Of a stretch of 41,588 nucleotides of DNA, positions 9,211-20,834 are shown piece after piece. The notes under the pieces are model-generated. The model was not told where the DNA came from and searched no databases. It saw only the letters and a list, made by a program, of their open reading frames with translations. Numbering within the stretch: position 1 is the first letter of the stretch; each line of letters starts with the position of its first letter. The stretch lies in assembly GCA_004431415.1 (NCBI GenBank), contig QPMI01000348.1, positions 1 to 41,588 on the forward strand, given 5' to 3'. The translations under genes were made by a program, and so were the position numbers. Origin of the DNA: Cyanophora paradoxa CCMP329 (Eukaryota > Plantae > Glaucophyta).

Positions 9211-11723
9211 GGGACGTCTCCGATTGCGGAATATTCGTTCTGCGATGGTTTCGCGCTGAGCTTCGCCCGGCATGTCCGGCCGTCGGTTGCGTGCACGACG
9301 ATTTGCGCATCGCCCGGCGCCTGCAACTGGAAATAGCCCCGCATGTCGCTCGCGGCGATGGCCCGTCCGTGACGATATCGGCATTGGCGACCGGGCTGCC
9401 ATCGGGCCAGGTCAGCCGCCCGAACATCGCCAGGACGCGTTCGCCTTCCAGTCCAGCACCGCGACGGTCCCCGGATAGACGTCGACCGATCGGGTCTGCG
9501 CGTCGAAACTGACCAGTTCGCTGCCGGCCGGACGGATCCTGACCTTGTAACGCCGATAGGGCGTGACCGCCAGGTTCAGATGCTCGCCGGCGGCGAGTTC
9601 GCCGCGGGGCGCGTCATCGACCAGCACCACGAAGCGCGCGTTGCGGGCAGTGCCGCGCACCCGCACGCTGATCACGCTGTCATTCTGGTCGCGCGCGCCG
9701 ATGTGGAAGATCCTCCGCCCGCGGCGAGCGAAGTCTGTGCGGTCAGGGCATATTGGCTGGCGCTGCCCGTGCCCCCGATCCGGTGGACCACGCTCGCCGA
9801 GGCGAAGCCCGTGGCATTGCGCTCGCTGGCGGAAGCCTGGAGCACCGTGCCGTCGCCGCTATGCTGGACGGTGCCCGCTGCATCGAATTCGCCGCCCAGA
9901 ACGCCGCTGCGATGGATCGAGGCCGACACTTCCTCGACATCGTCGAGCCGCCGCTGCCGCTCGCCGAGGCCGGTTTGGAAACCAGTTTGCACACTGAATG
10001 AGGATCTTGGACGAAATACTTGAAACTGAAGGCTAAATGCCACGGATTTCCCATGGTTCGTCGCGGCATATGTGCCGTTGAAGGTCAGCTGGAACTGCCG
10101 TCGCCGCAATACCGTCCATCGCACCGATGGGCCGATCGCATAGGATGTGGGGCGTCCTTCGTCATGCCGCAGATAGGCGCTGACGCCGATCTGCCCGCCG
10201 CCGACATAGTAGGAGATATTTCCGATCGCTTGGGCAAAGCTTGCGCTAGCCCCCTGAAAACCTTGGATAACAGGGTTAGGCGACGAGAAATTGTCATAGA
10301 CATAGTCGGCGAGCGGGATCAACGGTGCCCGATCGCGGCTGTGAACATAGCGCAGGTCGAAATTATAGCCGAACGCGCCGCCCGTCGTCGAACCGGCCTG
10401 CCCGACAATGCCATAGTCGCCCGCGCTCGAGCCCAGTACCGCGAGGCGAGTCTGGAAATTGGGCGCGAGATAGGTCACGCCGACTTCGCTCAGCGCCTTG
10501 CGATCGGTCAGCATCACGGTCGCGTCCCAGGCGATGGTGGGGCCGGCGCGCCCCGCCAGCCCCGCCGTCAGCAGGGGCACGTGCGAGACCGACAGCCACT
10601 TGTCCTTGCGATCCACGGCCAGCAGGCCCGCATTGGCGAAGAAGGCAAGATGCCCGACCGGGGCGATGGCAGTGCTCTTGGTGAAGAAGCGCCGCTCGGT
10701 GCGCGTCGCCCCGCTCGCCTCCTGAACGCGGAGCTCGACCGGATAGGAGCCGTCCGGAAGTGCGGCGGTGTCGAGCGTCTGGTTGCCGGCCTCGAAGCTC
10801 TGGGAGCTCACCAGGCGGCCCTCGACATAGATATCCACGCGCGATCGCTGGCCGAGGAAGACGACGAGCGGGCTGCCGAACAGCTGCATCCGATCGGCAC
10901 GCGTGTCGAACTGGGAAGCGATGCCGACGCCGAGAATGCGCCTGCGCCCGACCAGATCGGCGCCGGGCGCGTAGAACAGCCCCCGCTGTACCGCGTGCCG
11001 GGGCTGTCGCGCTGAACCGCGAGCGTATCGACGTCGAGGCCCGCCCCGACGAAACCGAAGCCTCTGAAATCAAGCGGGTATTTCCAGCGCCGATGATCGC
11101 GCGGTTATAGATGTTGTAATTGACCGCCTGCCCGTCGCCGCCCGCGATGGCGCCGCCCACGACGTCGACGAACGAGAGGCCCTTGCTATAGGGCTGGAGG
11201 AAGCGATCGACGGTCGCCGCACGGATCGCCAGCAGATTCGCGTTCAGATAGAGGTCGATGCGGAAGCGCCGCGGATCGAACACGATCGCGGCCGCTTCGG
11301 GGTGCGGAGTCTCGCAAGGGCTGGACGTGTCCGCGCACAGGAACCGGGCGTTCGCATCCAGCGCGCCGGTCAGGGCATGCGTGACGGCCCCGGCATCGGC
11401 GACATTCGGTATCGCCGCGACGACGCTTTCGGGGCGGGCGAAGCGAACCTCTCCGGGCTTCGCCTCGATGTCGAACTGCCCGATCCGGACGCCGCCGAAG
11501 AAGACATCGGCGACGAGCCTCTGCGCCTGGGCGAGGTCGGCGAAGTCGCTCGGCATCGCGGCCGTCACCATCACGGGCCTGGCCGGATCTGCCGGCGAGG
11601 GCGCGCGCCCCTCGACGCCGCCGGCCTGCCGGTTGCCCTGCGCCGCCGCCGAGGAATGGCACCGATGCCCGCCGCGGCAAGCAGCGAGAGCAGCGCAACG
11701 CCGATCGCGCGGCGCATCCGCAT
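9198..11723 (-). CDS. outer-membrane fimbrial usher, TcfC E-set / CS1 (alternate CU) type
   Basis: About 840 aa with signal peptide. MPSDFADLAQAQRLVADVFFGG, C..TSSPC..P....IVFD..RFRIDLYLN, SPLVVFLGQRSRVDIYVEGRLVSSQSFEAGNQTLDTAALPDGSYPVELRVQE, alternating beta-strands, and C-terminal FGRLTWPDGSPVANA...C...IGDVPC. TGATG overlap with pilin 2. Confidence 0.85.
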
Positions 11724-12209
11724 CAGTTCGCCGCGAGCATGATCGTGAGCGTGCCGCTATAATTCCGGCGGTGGCCGTGGTCAGCGCGGCACCGCGCAGG
11801 ATGATGATGAGGCTCGAATTGGTGACCTGAAGAAGCGGGCAGCTCAACAGCACCGTCTGCCCGGTCAGTGCCGCGCCCGATACGAGATTGGTGCCCGAGC
11901 TCTGCCCGGCGGAGGTGTTCCACTGGACTTCATAGGGAAGCACGCTCGCCCCGTTGGAGAGCGTGAACGCGCCGCCGGCGCCGGAACCGGTCGCCGTCAG
12001 CGAATAGCGGCCGCCCAGCAGCCCGCTATAGGCGCACACCGACTGGCTCCGGACCTGATCGATGCCGACATTCGTGATCGCGCCGAACGACACGTCGCTC
12101 AGCTGGGTTATCTGCACGTTCTGGGCGAAGGCCGGCACCGGCATCGCCGCCAGGAGGAGCGTTGCGAGCACCCCGCCGCCGTGGATCGGGAATGGGAGCG
12201 ACCCTGCAT
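11723..12209 (-). CDS. putative pilin subunit 2 (secreted, paralogue of subunit 1)
   Basis: Signal peptide ending PAFA, VQITQLSDVSFG, Cys pair (QSVCAYS, LSCP), YSLTATGSG.GGAFTLSNG..LPYEVQW, C-terminal GNYSGTLTIMLAAN*. Confidence 0.8.
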
Positions 12210-12237
12210 GGCCGAACCCTTCCTGATCGCCCGGGGG

Positions 12238-12808
12238 CTATTGCGGCGTCACCAGCAGGGTCAGCGTGCCCGTATAGCTGACTCCCGCCTCCATCCCCTG
12301 CAGGTTCGGCGCGGAGATCGAGACGATGAGGCTCGAAGTCGTCGCTGCGCCGGTGCTGCAGGTCGGGTTGGCGGCGGTCGTGGTCAGCCCCCGAGCGCGG
12401 TTCCCGCGGTCAGCGCGCTGCCGCTGGTCTGCCCGGTGCTCGCCGCCCATTGCACCGAATAGGGCACGGTCAGCGAGCCGTTGGCGAGCGTGAACGCCCG
12501 CTGGTGCCGCTGCCGGTCGCGGTGATGCTGTATCCCTTGGTCGCCGTGTTGCTCCACACGCAGTCGCTCTGCGCGCTGGTCGCGGCGGTGGCCGGATCGA
12601 CGGCCGAGAAGGATATGTCCGTCAGGCCGGTGATCTGCGCGCGGTTCGCGACGCTTGCGGTGATGCTGACCGAACCCGTCGAAGTGGCGCCCAGCGTACC
12701 CTGCGTGGAGGAAAATGCCGGCGGAGCAGCCACCAGCGCGCTTGCCACAACGCACAGACGGGCAGTCCGGCGGGCGGGAACGAAAATCTTGCCAGTATCG
12801 ATCGCCAT
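12238..12808 (-). CDS. putative major pilin subunit 1
   Basis: Signal peptide, N-terminal extension STQGTLGATSTGSVSITASV, AQITGLTDISF, QSDCVWS, YSITATGSG.SGAFTLANG..VPYSVQW, PTC, C-terminal SYTGTLTLLVTPQ*. RBS GAGGTAAGG. Confidence 0.8.
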
Positions 12809-13309
12809 TTACCTTACCTCGCTATTGAGGTTCCACGAGAATTTCTCTCGGCAAGCGGCAGATTATTACAAGGCGGATTAAACTATCGTCGATTCGCGAC
12901 CTCGGCAAAATCCGTATTATCAGGATAGTTAGCACCCGGACGATCGTCGCGCCGCACGGGGGTCCTTCTGTCGACACTGCTCGCCATGGCGCTCGCGAAC
13001 GCGCGAATTTCCACGCGAGCGCGGGTCATGGCGAATAGCGTAATTTACGTCCTGCGCACCGCCCGGCCGGCACGTTCGGTTTCTCCGGGCGCCCCATGTG
13101 TCGGCAAATGGCATGCACGCCCCGCGCCGCGAGAAAAATTGCGACATAATCGCCGACGGAATAGTTCCGATCCGGAGGAAATTGCCGGAAAATCAACATC
13201 CGAACAGCTTCCGAACCTTCCCAATTTTGATACATATTTGCACCTAGACCCGCAGTTGCATTGCGCGTCTAATATCCCGGAACAACCTGACAGCACGAAA
13301 GGTGCGCTG

Positions 13310-14530
13310 GTGACAGGCTTCAAGCTGACCTCGCCCCGCTGGCGCGCCATCGGCATCGTCCTTGTCCTTCTCCTGGTCATTTTCGCTGCCTGGCGATGGA
13401 GCGCCTCCCGCGAAGGCAGTTCGGGCGGGCGGCACCGCGGCGCGGGCCAGCCGATCACGGTCGGCGTCGCGCATGTCGGGCGGATCGATATGCCGATCCG
13501 GCTGGCGGCGATCGGCACCGTCCAGCCGCTGACCACCGCCACGGTGCGCACCCAGATCGCCGGCACGCTGTTCAGCCTGCACTTCACCGAAGGGCAGATG
13601 GTGACGAAGGGGCAGCTGATCGCCCAGATCGACCCCCGCCCTACAAGCTCGCCCTGGCCCAGGCGCGCGCCAACCTTGCCCGCGACCTCGCCCAGCGCGA
13701 CATGGCGGCGACCGATCTGAAGCGCTACCAGGGACTGCTTGCCCAGGATTCGATCGCACGCCAGCAGGTCGAGACCCAGGCGGCGACGCTCAAGCAGCTC
13801 GACGGCACGATCGGCGCCGACCGCGCGGCGATCGGCACGGCCGCGCTCAACCTCGCCTATACCTCGATCCGCGCGCCGGTGAGTGGACGGATCGGCCTGC
13901 GCCAGGTCGATATCGGCAATTACGTGACGCCCTCGGACACCACCGGGCTCGCAGTGATCACCCAGATCGACCGATCGACGTGACCTTCTCCCTGCCGCAG
14001 AACCAGATCGCGACGCTGCAGGCGCGGCTGGCCAGCGGCGGCGACATGCCCGTCAGCGCCACCGATTCCACGGGGGCCACCACGCTCGCCCAGGGCCGCT
14101 TCCTGACGCTCGACAACCAGATCGACCCGACCAGCGGCACGGTGAAGGCGAAGGCGCGCTTCGGCAATGGCGGCGGCGCGCTCTTCCCCAGCCAGTTCGT
14201 CAATGTCTCGGCCGAGATCGGCACCGTGCACCAGGGGCTCGCCGTGCCCGTCAACTCGGTGCGGCACGGCGCGAATGGCGATTTCGTCTTCGTGATCCAG
14301 CCCGATCGCACCGTGAAGCTCACCCTGGTGAAGCTGGGGCCGAGCGACGGCACCAGCATCATCGTGGCGAGCGGGCTCCCCCAAGGCGCGGCGGTGGTAA
14401 CCGACGGCGCCGATACCCTGGATGACGGCGCCCGCGTCTCGCTGCCGGCAAGCAGGGTGCTGGCGGCGGCAGCGGGGGCACCGGCCAGCCCGGCGGCGGG
14501 CACAGGCACCGGCACGGCGCGGACCAGTGA
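13310..14530 (+). CDS. RND efflux periplasmic adaptor (MdtA/MuxA-like)
   Basis: N-terminal [86 protein letters not shown]....LFPSQFVNV, Gly-rich tail ending HRHRHGADQ* after one-base correction. Confidence 0.9.
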
Positions 14531-17500
14531 GCGCGGACGAACAGCCCGGCCCAGTCGAGCGGGCGGCCCCTGGCACGTCTTCATCCTGCGGCCGGTGGCG
14601 ACCACGCTGCTGGCGGTGGCGGTGCTGCTCGCCGGGCTGGTCGCCTATCGGGTGCTGCCGCTGTCGGCGCTGCCCGAAGTCGATTACCCGACGATCGAGG
14701 TGCGCACCCTCTATCCCGGCGCCAGCCCGGACGTGATGGCGCTCACCGTCACCAGTCCGCTCGAGCGCCAGTTCGGCCAGATGGCGGGGCTGGCGCGGAT
14801 GTCGTCGCAATCCTCCGCCGGCGCCTCGGTCATCACGCTCCAGTTCAAGCTCGACCTGTCGCTCGACGTGGCGGAGCAGGAAGTGCAGGCGGCGATCAAC
14901 GCGGCGGGCACACTGCTCCCATCGGACCTGCCCGCCCCGCCCATCTACGCCAAGGTCAATCCCGCCGACGCGCCGATCGTGACGCTCGGCCTCACCTCGC
15001 GCACCCGCACCCTGGCCCAGATCGAGGACCTGGCCGACCAGCGCCTTGCCGCCAAGATCGCCCAGATGAGCGGGGTCGGCCTGGTCACGCTCTCGGGCGG
15101 CCAGCGGCCCGCGGTGCGCATCCAGGCCAATGTCCAGGCGCTGGCATCGTACGGGCTCTCGAGCGAGACGCTGCGCACGGCAATCGCCGCCGCCAACGCC
15201 AATGCCGCCAAGGGCAGCTTCGACGGCCCCACGCGCTCCTGGTCGATCGACGGCAACGACCAGCTCGGCACCGCACAGGAATATCGCGACCTGATCGTCT
15301 CCTGGCGCAACAATGCGCCGGTCAAGCTGAGCGACGTCGCCAACGTGGTCGATTCCACCGAGAATGTGCGCCTCGCCGCCTGGATGAACCGCACGCCGGC
15401 GGTGATCGTCGACGTCCAGCGCCAGCCCGGCGCCAACGTGATCGCCACGGTGGACGCGATCAAGGCGACCTTGCCCGGGCTCGAGGCGCAGCTTCCGCCC
15501 GACGTCCATGTGACGCTGCTCACCGATCGCACCGCCGGCATCCGTGCCTCGGTGGCGGACGTGCAGATGGAGCTGGCCTTCGCGGTCGTGCTGGTGACGC
15601 TGGCGATGTTCCTGTTCCTGGGCAGCCCGCGCGCCACCTTCGTCGCCAGCCTCGCCGTGCCGCTATCGCTCGTCGGCGCCTTTGCCGCGATGTATCAGCT
15701 CGGCTATTCGATCAACAATCTCACGCTGATGGCGATGACGATCGCCGCGGGCTTCGTCGTCGACGACGCGATCGTCGTCATCGAGAACATCCAGCGCCAT
15801 ATCGAGGAAGGCGACACGCCGCTCCAGGCCGCGCTCAAGGATCAGGCGAGATCGGCTTCACCATCGTTTCGCTCACCGTCAGCCTGATCGCCGCGCTGGT
15901 GCCGCTGCTGTTCATGGGGACGTGGTCGGCCGGCTCTTCCGCGAATTCGCGGTGACATTGTCGGTGACGATCGTGATCTCGGCCGGCGTCGCGCTCACCC
16001 TGGTGCCGATGCTCTCGGGCCGCTGGCTGCGGCGCGAATCGGAGGAGCGGCTGATCGCGCCGGTCCGCTGGTCGCTCGCGACGTTCGACCGGGTGGCGCA
16101 CGGCTATGCCCGCGGCCTCGCCTGGGTACTCGAGCGCCAGCGGCTGGTGCTGCTGCTCTTCGCCGGCACGCTGGCGCTCACTGCCCTGCTCGCCTTCGCC
16201 ATTCCGAAGGGGCTGTTCCCGAACAGGATACCGGCCAGCTCCAGGCCGTGGTGATCGGCCCGCAGGAAGCATCGTTCGCACGGATGCAGGCGATCCAGAC
16301 CCAGGTGGCCGACGCGGTGCTGCGCGATCCGGACGTGGACAGCCTGAGCGGCAATGTCGGCGTGGATGGCGTCAATCCGTCGCTCAACCAGGGGCGGATG
16401 CTGATCAACCTCAAGCCCCAGTCCGAGCGCGGCAGCCAGGCCGCGCTGCTCGAGCGGCTGGCGGAGCGCGCCCGCGGCATTCCCGGCGTGCAGGTCTATT
16501 TCCGTCCGGTCCAGGACCTCACCATCGATTCGGAGGGCGGGCCGACGCGCTACCGCTTCGCGCTCCAGGGTGCGAACCAGGCGCAAGTGAACCAATGGGC
16601 GCAGCGGCTGACCGCCGCTCTGCGCCGCGAGCCGGCGCTCGCCAACGTCACGTCCGACGTGCTCGACCAGGGCCGCGCGGTGACGGTCATCATCGACCGC
16701 GAGAGCGCCGGGCGGCTGGGGATCAGCGCCTCGACGATCGACAGCGCACTCTACGACGCGTTCGGCCAGCGGATCGTCTCGACGATCTTCACCGCCGCCA
16801 GCCAGTATCGCGTGATCCTGGAGAGCCAGCCGGGCATGCTCACCTCGCCGGATGCGCTGAACAGCCTCTATGTCCCCACATCGAGCGGCAGCTCGGTCCC
16901 GCTCGGCACCGTGGCGCGCTTCGACAAGGGCACCGCGCCGCTGCTCATCACCCGTGTCGGCCAGTTCCCGGCCGCGACGATCGGCTTCGATCCGGCGCCG
17001 GGCGTCTCGCTGGGCGCCGCGGTGGACGCCGTCGCGCGGGTGGAGGCCAGGATCGGCGTGCCCACGTCGCTCGATACCCATTTCCAGGGCGCTGCGGAGG
17101 CGTTCCGCAGCTCGCTCGGCAACGAATTCTGGCTGATCCTGGCGGCGGTGGTGATCGTCTATATCGTGCTGGGCGTGCTCTATGAGAGCTTCATCCACCC
17201 GCTGACCATCCTCTCCACCCTGCCCGCCGCCGCAGTCGGCGCGCTGCTCGCGCTGATCCTGTCGGGCGAAGGGCTGGGCGTGATCGGGATCATCGGCATC
17301 GTGCTGCTGATCGGCATCGTCAAGAAGAACGCGATCATGATGATCGACTTCGCGATCCGGGCCCAGCGCGAGGAAGGGATGGAGGCCGATGCCGCGATCC
17401 GCCAGGCGGCCCGGCTGCGCTTCGCCCGATCCTGATGACCACCTTCGCTGCGCTGTTCGCCGCGCTGCCGATGATCTTCGGATCCGGCATGGGCTCCGAG

Positions 17501-17656
17501 CTGCGCCAGCCGCTCGGCCTCGCCATCGCCGGCGGCCTGATCGTCAGCCAGCTGCTCACCCTGTTCACCACGCCGGTGATCTTCCTGGCATTCGAGCGGC
17601 TGGGAGCCCGTTTCGGGCGGCGCCCGCCGCCTGCGGAGGCTCCGGCGGCGGCATGA
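14527..17656 (+). CDS. RND efflux permease (MdtB-like)
   Basis: [53 protein letters not shown]4 [55 protein letters not shown]. Confidence 0.92.
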
Positions 17657-20600
17657 ACCTCTCCGCCCCTTCATCCGCCGGCCGGTCGGCACGCTGCTGC
17701 TGACGCTGGGGCTGATGCTGGCCGGCGTGGCGGCGACGCTCTCGATCCCGGTATCTCCCCTGCCGCAGATCGACCTGCCGACGATCAGCGTCACCGCCAC
17801 GCTGAGCGGCGCCAGCCCGTCGAACATGGCCTCCAGCGTCGCCGCTCCGCTGGAGAAGCGGCTGGGCACGATCGCGGGGGTGACGCAGATGACGTCCGCC
17901 TCCTCCACCGGATCGACGCGGATCACGCTGCAGTTCGACCTTGGCCGCGACATCGACGGCGCCGCGCGCGACGTGCAGGCGGCGATCAACGCGGCGCGTG
18001 CCGACCTGCCCTCGACGCTGCGCACCAACCCCACCTATCGCAAGGTCAATCCCGCCGACGCGCCGATCATGATCCTGGCGCTCACTTCGGACCGGCGCAG
18101 CCCGGCCGAGATCTTCGACACGGTCTCGGCGATCGTGCAGCAGCGGCTGCTCCAGGTAGAGGGCGTGGGCGATGTCGAGCTGGGCGGCGCGGCGCTCCCT
18201 TCGGTGCGGGTCGACGTCAATCCGCTCGCGGTGGCGCGCTACGGCATCCCGCTGGAGGATGTGCGCGCCGCCCTGTCGGCCAGCGCCGCCAACCGCCCGC
18301 GCGGCCTGATCGAGGGAGCCGGGCTGGCCTGGCAGATCTATGCCGACACCCCAGGCGTGCGCGCCGAGGATTTCCGCGACCTGCCCGTCGCCAGCCGCAA
18401 CGGAACGCTGGTGCGGCTCGAGGACATCGCCAATGTCCATGACGGGCCCGAGGACGTGCGCACCATGGGCCTGTTCAACGGCCAGCGCGCGGTGATGGTG
18501 GTGATCACCCGCCAGCCGGGCGCCAACATCGTCGCGACGGTGAACGCCGTGAAGGCGGCCCTCCCCCGGCTCCAGGCATCGATCCCCGCCGATGTGAAGC
18601 TGCACCTGGCCAGCGATCGTACCACCACGATCCGCGCCTCGCTGCGCGAAGTGGAGATCACCTTGCTGATCGCCACGCTGCTGGTGGTGGGAGTGGTGAG
18701 CCTGTTCCTGCGCTCGCTGCGCGCCACGCTGGTGCCCGCCATGGCGGTGCTCACTTCACTGCTCGGCACGGTGGCGGTGATCTACATGCTGGGCTTCTCG
18801 CTCAACAACCTCTCGCTGATGGCGCTCACCGTGGCGACCGGCTTCGTCGTCGACGACGCCATCGTCGTCGTGGAGAACATCGCCCGCCATATCGAGCGCG
18901 GGATGAAGCCGGTGCAGGCGGCGCTCACCGGCGCCGCGAAGTCGGCTTCACCGTGCTCTCGATCTCGGCGAGCCTGATCGCGGTGTTCATCCCGCTGCTG
19001 TTCATGGGCGGGGTGGTCGGGCGGCTGTTCCGCGAGTTCGCGGTGACCATGTCGGTGGCGGTCGCGATCAGCCTGGTGATCTCGCTCACCGCCACCCCGA
19101 TGCTCGCCGCGCTGCTGCTGCGCGGCGAGGAGCGCACGCCGCGCTTCGCGCAATGGTTCGAGCGCGGCTTCGAGCATGTGCGCACGCGCTACTCCCACGG
19201 GCTGGACCGCGCCCTGGCGCATCGCGGCATCACGCTGGCGCTGCTCGCCGCGACGGTGGCGCTCAACGTGGCGCTGATCGTCCAGGCGCCCAAGGGCCTG
19301 TTCCCGAACAGGATACCGGCTCGCTGATGGGCGGCGTGCATGTCGACCAGAGCATGTCCTTTTCCGCGGTGCAGTCCCGTCTCGTTCAGATCGTGGGCAT
19401 GGTGAAACGCGATCCGGCGGTGGCCGATGTCGTGGCCTTTACCGGCGGATCGCGTACGGGCGGCGCGTTCCTGTTCATCATGCTGAAGCAGGGCAAGCGC
19501 GATCCGGCTCGCACCGTGATCAACCGGCTGCGCCCCAGCTCGGCCGCATCACCGGCGTCACGGCCTTCCTCAATCCCGTGCAGGACCTGCAGACCGGCGG
19601 GCGCAGCGCGAACAGCAGCTATCAGTACACGCTGCAGGCCAACGACCCCGTCACGCTGCGCGCGGCGGGCACCAAGCTCGTCGACCTGATGAAGCGCGAG
19701 CCCCAGACCTTCACCGATGTCGATATCGACCAGCAGGACGGCGGGTCGGAGACCTATCTCACGGTCGACCGCGTCGCCGCGGCGCGGCTGGGGATCACCA
19801 ACCAGGCGATCGACAACGCCCTGTACGACGCCTTTGGCCAGCGCCAGGCAGTGACGCTCTATTCGGGGCTCAACCAATATCATGTCGTGCTGGGCGTCGC
19901 GCCCGAGTTCAGCACCTCGCCCGAGGCGCTGAACGGCACCTATGTGCCTGCCGGAGGCAGCAGCGCGGCGGCGACCGGCTCCGCGCCGGTATCCACCACC
20001 GGCGCCGGCCGCGACGCCTCGACCGGCAACGCAGTGAACACCACCCCCGCAACCATCGTGCCGATCTCCACCATTGCGCGCTGGCAGAACAATTCGACGC
20101 CGGCGGTGGTGAACCATCAGGGCGGCGAGCCTTCGGCCACGGTGTCGTTCAACCTGCCCAACGGCGTCACGCTCGGCCAGGCGGCGGAGCGACTCATCGC
20201 CATCCAGCGCGGCGCCGGGCTGCCCGCCACCGTGCATGGCGGCTTTGCGGGCAATGCCCAGCTGCTCCAGCAGTCCATGGGATCGATGCCGCTACTGATC
20301 CTCGCCGCGCTCGTCGCCATCTATCTGGTGCTCGGCATCCTCTACGAGAGCGCGATCCATCCGATCACCATCCTCTCGACCATTCCCTCGGCAGGCGTCG
20401 GCGCCGTCGTGGCGCTGATGCTGGCGGGGATGCAGCTCGACGTGATCGGGCTTATCGCGATCATCCTGCTGATCGGCATCGTCAAGAAGAACGCGATCCT
20501 GATCATCGACTTCGCGCTGGACGCCGAGCGCGGCCGCGGCCTCGCCCTGTCGACGCGATCGCGAGGCGGCGCTGCAGCGCTTCCGTCCGATCGTGATGAC

Positions 20601-20834
20601 CACGCTCGCGGCGGCGCTCGGCGCGCTGCCGCTGGCGATCGGCTTCGGCGAAGGGCCGAGCTGCGCCAGCCGCTGGGCGTCGCGATCGTCGGCGGGCTGG
20701 TCGCCGCGCAATTCCTCACCCTGTTCACCACGCCGGTGGTGTTCCTCGCCCTCGACCGGTTCCGCCGCCGCAGCCCGCACGAACGCCTGCTCGCGCGCCA
20801 TGGCCCGGACGAGCCCGGACTGGAGCCCGCATGA
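17653..20834 (+). CDS. RND efflux permease (MdtC-like)
   Basis: [86 protein letters not shown] overlaps on both sides. Confidence 0.92.

Noticed and set aside
10363-12171. Apparent pilin-usher fusion (602-aa ORF)
   Set aside because: Pilin 2 has a proper C-terminal strand and TGA at 11723-11725 overlapping the usher ATG. The read-through comes from frameshift errors.
13980-15887. Apparent fusion of the RND adaptor C-terminus to the permease (635-aa ORF)
   Set aside because: Restoring one G near 14447 gives a typical Gly-rich MdtA tail ending at TGA 14530, with a GTGA overlap to the permease. The fusion is best explained by indel errors.
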